A program made the position numbers and the translations under genes. A stretch of 53,189 bases of DNA, filler included, from Perkinsus olseni (lineage: Eukaryota): assembly GCA_013115125.1 (NCBI GenBank). It is 3 parts of 3 records of this genome, joined end to end, with 100 filler letters (N's around TTAATTAATTAA, not from the genome) between each part and the next. Parts side by side here need not be neighbours in the genome. Positions count along the whole stretch, not along the records: positions 35,560 to 53,189 come from JABANN010000639.1; 2 more parts are not named here. One strand, 5' to 3'. Below, piece by piece: positions 47,854-53,189 of the stretch. Below the pieces are notes generated by a model. The model was not told where the DNA came from. It made no database searches and was given only the letters and a program-made list of their open reading frames with translations. Each line of letters begins with the position of its first letter. Position 1 is the stretch's first letter.

Positions 47854-49080
47854 GAAAAATATTCCGAGTTCCAAGCAAAATTTTCAACTAAAGAAAATTC
47901 TTCAGGAGAACGCAATAATGCTACAGTATAACGCAGCACGATACTGTAATTTGAGCACAGTTACGCGTGGTGTGGTATCGGTTCTGCGATCAAGTATCTT
48001 TTACTAGTGGGATGAGGCTCATGATGGGCTAGCAATAGGTACAGCCATCAAAAGTTATGGCTGTCATGATGGCGGACACGAGCAGCTCGCGGCGAGCTTA
48101 ACCCAGCCCTCCGGTCCCTGGATGTGGAGGTAGGATACGAGAGAGTCTCTCGGAGAGACTGCTGACTCGACCCAAACCGGGTCGGCAGCAAATACAGGAT
48201 GCTGCCTGGTTGCTGGCTCTGACATGCTGAAGGTCGAACAGGCCCAAGCAGAGCAACTTACTGATCACACTCCCAACCTATGTATCATGGGAATTTCGTA
48301 TGAAGACGTCCCTAGCGATAGCTCGTATCGTCGCCCCGAGTGTTTGGTTAACTTAGAAGGCCCGCAACGTGTCACGTTGTGTTCCTCTGCGCAAGGCTCG
48401 AGGGGCAAGACAAACGTATGGCAATGCTAAGAAAAATTCCGAATTCCTAGCAGAATTTTCAATTGAGGAAAATTCTTCAAGAGAACTCTGTAATATTACA
48501 GCATAACGCAGCAAGCTCCTGCAATTTCAGAACTGTTACGCGTGGTGTGGTATCGGTTCTGTAATCAAAAAAAACTTCATGGAAGGGACGATTCTTAGCG
48601 TGAGAATCTCACGGTGAGATAAACGCATGGCAATTATTATCACCTTTTTGGAAAAATAAAAAGGTATAGGAATGCACCTTTTTTCGGGTTCGTCCCATTT
48701 CGTCATCAGAGCAGGTTCCTCGGTCGTCGAAAGTTCCACCATCCGATTCAGCGTGCTCGAAAACCCCGTGAATCTTTTTTCTGTCCCTTCTTTCTCTCGT
48801 ATGAGAGTCAAACAAGCGAAAAACCAACTTTTGCACGCGCGAGTGTTGGCGTCTGTCTGTCCCACATAACCTTGTACGCGAAATAACTTTTCATGGAACG
48901 CGATTCAGGGGCTCGAGTTTCCGCCAGACGATAGCCCCATTGGTGGAGATGATGGTCAGCTACCTCTCCTTCGCCGAGTCCCCTTCCAATCCCACGATAT
49001 TCTTGTATTGAATATTGGGTGGTGTTCCGAGTTCCGAGCAGAATCTGAGGTTCTGAGAAAATTCTTCTTCAAGAGAGAAC
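47854..49080 (+). repeat. ~140-bp direct repeat (47854-47993, 48431-48568) plus a partial third copy (~49025-49080)
   Basis: Shared TTCCGA.TTCC.AGCA.AATTTTCAA...GAAAATTCTTCA.GAGAAC...GTTACGCGTGGTGTGGTATCGGTTCTG..ATCAA. Confidence 0.8.
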
Positions 49081-49245
49081 GGGAAATATCTTTGATATCA
49101 TATCTATGTTAACAGGGAGCACTTCACTACAATGCTACTTGTAGTTCAGGTCCTAGACTCCAAGCCGGTGAGACGGAGAAATCAATCGCCAACTTACTCA
49201 CGAACAACATCCGCCTCAGGGGCGTCCATAGGTGCTCAGTGATGC

Positions 49246-49974
49246 CTGGAGCCCGTTCAAGTGCAAAACACTTCCGAGTTCCGAGTCTGAGTACTTCCCT
49301 CCGAGACTCGGAGTCCGAGTCAGTATTCCTAGTGAACGAGTTCCGGGTAATCGTCTGTTCAAGTCTGGCCGCTCGGTTTGGTCGCATTTCCGAGCTGTTT
49401 TGCCTAGTACGAATCCCGAGATAGTTCTCCTCGTGTTCAAGTCATTTCTATGAGAAATGTCCCCGACTCGGAAAAGTATGCTTGAACGTGAACTAACTCC
49501 TGCGACGAAACGCGCTGCGGGACAGAAACACAACGCAACTTTTTTACTTCGTTCTAGTCAATACAATACGAGTTTGCACTATGAGGCCCTCACAGTGAGG
49601 AATAGGCTATTCCGAGTAGCTACATTACTGGTAGTAATCATTCCATAGCATAGTATGATCCAACGAAACGGAAGCGTTGCGTTCGCAGGAAGACTTCCTG
49701 AGGAAGTTCGGGTTTCGAAAGGACTCGGAAACACTAGCCCTCTCCGCTCGGACTCGGATTCACCTTTAGCGAGCCGAGTGGGCGGCACTTGAACTAAGAA
49801 CTCGGTTCGAGTTATCCGAGAGCTCGGATTTCCAGGCCGCAGAGAATTTCTTAGCTCTCGGAAAGTGAACTCGGGAAAAGTTTGCACTTGAACGGACAAT
49901 TTTTCTCTGAGCTCGGAAGGGTGCTCTTTCCGAGAACTAAGACTCGGAAATTGGAGCACTTGAACGGGCTCCTG
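49246..49974. mobile_element. MITE / non-autonomous TIR element (~730 bp)
   Basis: Perfect 17-bp TIR GGAGCCCGTTCAAGTGC (49248-49264 / 49956-49972), extendable to CWGG ends; CCGAG motifs on the left arm mirror CTCGG motifs on the right; internal TTCAAGT/ACTTGAA copies. No TSD seen. Confidence 0.8.
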
Positions 49975-50751
49975 ATGTACTGCGTCGAAAAGAAGTTACC
50001 ATCATCGCCATCACGATTCCAGCAAGACAACCCCTCCGACACCGACGGATCCACACTTCGAAACGCCCGTCTTTGAAGCGTCTCACCCGACGCATGCGCG
50101 CACAAGCTCCCCATGTGCTTCCATGATAAAAGTTCCGTCTCGACAGGCCAACTCGGCCTGGCCAAGCCACTGAGAATGCCTTGATCAGTGGATCAATCAC
50201 CTGCCGTGGTTGACAGAAAATCATCGGCTAGGGGTGTCGAACCCCTCCCGCTAACCCTCGGTGTTATCCCCACCTCGTACTGCGAGGCTCCCAGGATATT
50301 CTCAATCAGTGAAACCCGGATGATTGCCGCGATTGCCGGGACAATCGGACGCACAAAGAGTAAATGCACACAAAGAGCAAATGTGGACAGGGCCATTGGA
50401 ATTCATGCTACTACGCAGCAGCGAAGGAGGTAGTAACTATAGTGATAACTGCCATTAATATAAGCTGTGGGACACTGTAGCCTGTTGTGCAGGTGCTCTA
50501 ACCGCCTGTTACTTATCATGAGCAGTTCGCTCCTTGTTCATGCGTGCACAGCTATTTCCGCTCGAGAGAATTGGACTCGGGAAAGTTCCTATTGACTCTT
50601 CCCGGTTCTGCGTTCAGCGTAATGCGTTTCTTTGAACCTCAGCGACGAAACAACAACTTCGCCTTACGCTAGTGACTAGCGGCTAGTCCCTGCAGGGAAC
50701 TCGACATAGACGCACTTCGCAGACCACCCATACAATGATGATTCATCATTG

Positions 50752-52194
50752 ATGAGAGTCTCAGGCTCATTTCGGAGGCTTCAGGTGCCACTCGATCAGG
50801 GATATATTCCTCCTAGAATTGTTGACTTTGTACATGAAATGGCAACAGGCCCGGTCAGCAGCGTAGTCCCCATACATAATGTGCTCCTTGAGGAAAGGAC
50901 TCCTACGTACCCTGGGCTCCGAGGGACCCTTCTGTCCAATATTGCCTGGCATACTGCCTTTCTCCGTGACCATGAGAGCCAACTCGATGCACTGGAGAGT
51001 TCTTTCCCAGTGTCCCGTCTCGATATTTTCCTCAGCCATAGTTGGTCGGCCAGTGGACTTTGGAAGCAAGTGGCCTTGATAATGTCATTCTATCTACAAT
51101 TCGCCGTCAAATGGATGGTGTGGTCGACCTTTCCCTTGGCGGGCTTCGTTTTGTGGCTCCTCGATGCTGTCAACCCCTCGGACGTTCTGCTAGTTTCCCT
51201 AGGTTTTGGAGCATTTTTGACTGGGCTGTTTGTCTCTCGTTTCTTCAAGCACAAGCGTACCACGGTGTTCCTCGACAAGTGTTGCATCTCACAAGTAGAT
51301 TCTGTTGAGAGGATGCATGGTATATCCAGACTATCAGAGTATCTCCGCATTTCAGACAAATTTGTTATCCTCTGGTCACCGGACTACTTCAAGCGTCTGT
51401 GGTGTGTATATGAATTGGCTTGCTTCCTGCAAACGCACGATGAGCGAGACGTGATCGTGATCCATCCTGGTCATGTGATGTTCTGTACGTGGATGGCACT
51501 ATTGGGCTTGCTCTCTCTCGTCATCTCAAAGGTATCAGAAAACTATCTGGGTCACCCTCAGGGAGACATCATCAACCCCTACGTCTTAGTATGGATGGGC
51601 ACATGTGTATTTGCGAGTCGATACATCGCTTCATGCGTGGCTGAGACTGAAAACTTTCATCGAAGCCTGAGAGCTTTCAGAATCATGAATGCGAAGTGTT
51701 CGAACTCGGAAGATGAAGTTCATCTCGAAGGGCTCATAAGGGGAGCTTACGGTTCGTTCGAGTATTTCGAGGCCGTCGTCAGAGGCATATGGTTTGGCGC
51801 CGAGGAGAGTAGCCAAGCCCCATCTTGGTTATTCTCTAGAACCACATTGAAGATCCTTTGCGTACCGCATATTCCGCATATTTTGGGAGGACTTATCTTA
51901 ACCGTCGCTCACATCTTCCGCGGCAGCTGGCAGGAGTGGACACACATAATCCCGCCGGGTCACGAGGCGGAGCCACCGCCTACCATACTTTGGGTAATCG
52001 TGGCTACTTGCCTTCCTGATCTGGTACAGCGCATTTTGCTGGGTTGCCAAGCACCGTTATTGCTGCTGTTCGGATATCACCTTGAGTCAAGGTGTACCAG
52101 GCTCCCTTGGTGTTGTCGAAGCTTAATCGTCTCGTTCTGCTGCCTCGCTTACTCCTTTGCAAGCCTGGCTTTGACTGGTGTTCTTATCGATTAG
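50752..52194 (+). CDS. Multi-pass membrane protein with a TIR-like domain
   Basis: LDIFLSHSW, two hydrophobic helices, VFLDKCCISQ, SDKFVILWSPDYFKRLWCVYEL, then about five more TM segments. Intronless 480 aa. Confidence 0.75.
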   Translation: MRVSGSFRRLQVPLDQGYIPPRIVDFVHEMATGPVSSVVPIHNVLLEERTPTYPGLRGTLLSNIAWHTAFLRDHESQLDALESSFPVSRLDIFLSHSWSASGLWKQVALIMSFYLQFAVKWMVWSTFPLAGFVLWLLDAVNPSDVLLVSLGFGAFLTGLFVSRFFKHKRTTVFLDKCCISQVDSVERMHGISRLSEYLRISDKFVILWSPDYFKRLWCVYELACFLQTHDERDVIVIHPGHVMFCTWMALLGLLSLVISKVSENYLGHPQGDIINPYVLVWMGTCVFASRYIASCVAETENFHRSLRAFRIMNAKCSNSEDEVHLEGLIRGAYGSFEYFEAVVRGIWFGAEESSQAPSWLFSRTTLKILCVPHIPHILGGLILTVAHIFRGSWQEWTHIIPPGHEAEPPPTILWVIVATCLPDLVQRILLGCQAPLLLLFGYHLESRCTRLPWCCRSLIVSFCCLAYSFASLALTGVLID

Positions 52195-52562
52195 GTTCTG
52201 GGATCTCAATGATGCCTACATCGATCGATTTTATGAGGTTATTATTTACGGAAGCGCTGCCGTCTGCGCACTGGTCGTTATGTCCTTCCTAAGACGATCC
52301 TATGCTTATGACCTCGCCTAACGTCTGCAATGATTATCGTTTTGCACATTTTGAATTGCTCAATATCAACGTGGCACCGTATCATTACAAGCGTGACGGT
52401 GCCAGGCCGCTAGAGTGTTGATATAATCGAGTTGAGCTGCGCTATCTCGTTGAAGGGAAAGTGGTGGTAGAATACAATTAGATTGGGCTAGTTAAGGACT
52501 AAGTTATAGTAACGTGGAGCCAGTGTGGGGCTGGTACGATTTTTCTACGGTCCAAGCTCGCT

Positions 52563-53189
52563 CTAAAGACCGGCCAAGGAAAAGATAATTGACGCAAAGA
52601 TCGAATATCTATCGCCGCAGCTGAGAACCGCGCGGCATTGAGAGTGTTCAACCCGGAAAACTGTATTTCCTATGTATTTTATTCTCCTTTTTTTCGGAGG
52701 AGAATCCGAACCACGACACCTGATCTCTTTCAATCTAGGGCATTTAAGGAGCCTATGCTCGATATCATCAACTACCTCTACATTCCATCGTTTACACGTG
52801 GGACACAAAGGAAACTCGACTCGACCGATTCTGAACTCCTGATCAGAGCAATCAGACCATTCGCCTGAGTAGATCTGGCTACAAGTGGACAAACAACCCT
52901 CAGGGTTGAACCCTGCAAGAATAATAACCCTAGAGGCTCATACTGGGAGCTCAGCTCAATTGCGAACTCACGGCGCCAGCGCGCCATGGGCTCACTCACA
53001 ACGCGCCGTTGAAGGAGCCCATAGCGGGCCGCCTCGGTCTGGGCGAGCGCCACCGGCTTACTGGTAGCAATCCTACGCAAGAGGATCGGCGTGAGCGAAA
53101 TTACCACGCGGGGCCTTGTTCTGGACGAGGGTCTGCGTGCAAGGCTTTACGCAAGTTGCAGGAAGACTGAAGTCCCACTCTACCGCTGA
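52563..53189 (-). mobile_element. Non-LTR retrotransposon 3' relic (CCHC zinc knuckle)
   Basis: PLCPTCKRWNVEVVDDIEHRLLKCPRLKEIR matches the Cx2C...Hx4C motif at LINE ORF2 C-termini; frames broken. Confidence 0.6.

Overview
Eukaryotic, intron-rich sequence (short GT-AG introns) almost certainly from a perkinsid alveolate (Perkinsus sp.): 17892-17912 (-) carries 21 of the 22 nt of the Perkinsus spliced leader, and plant-like FAE1 elongases are present. The window is three contigs joined by artificial N/TTAATTAATTAA/N spacers (17721-17820, 35460-35559), so linkage across those points is unproven. Contig 1 is gene-dense: TenA-ThiD fusion, ANP32-like gene, two FAE1/KCS paralogues, kinesin-9, an ABCB half-transporter with an inserted Cys/His finger, and a truncated globin. 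Contig 2 is repeat-rich: two paralogous secreted Gly-Gly-X proteins with RxL-type motifs flank decayed tyrosine-recombinase (DIRS-like) and Ty3/gypsy elements and three 15-bp-period ACTGTAC arrays; an intact and a broken cofilin follow. Contig 3 has an aspartic protease pseudogene, an MgtE-family gene with an in-frame TGA, an Sfi1-repeat gene, a MITE, an intronless membrane protein with a TIR-like domain split by TM helices, and a LINE 3' relic. The best leads are the PEXEL/RxLR-like Gly-rich secreted family, the membrane TIR-like protein, the genomic SL relic and the 15-bp arrays. All assignments come from motif recognition by eye; no searches were run, and spliced-gene boundaries are approximate.
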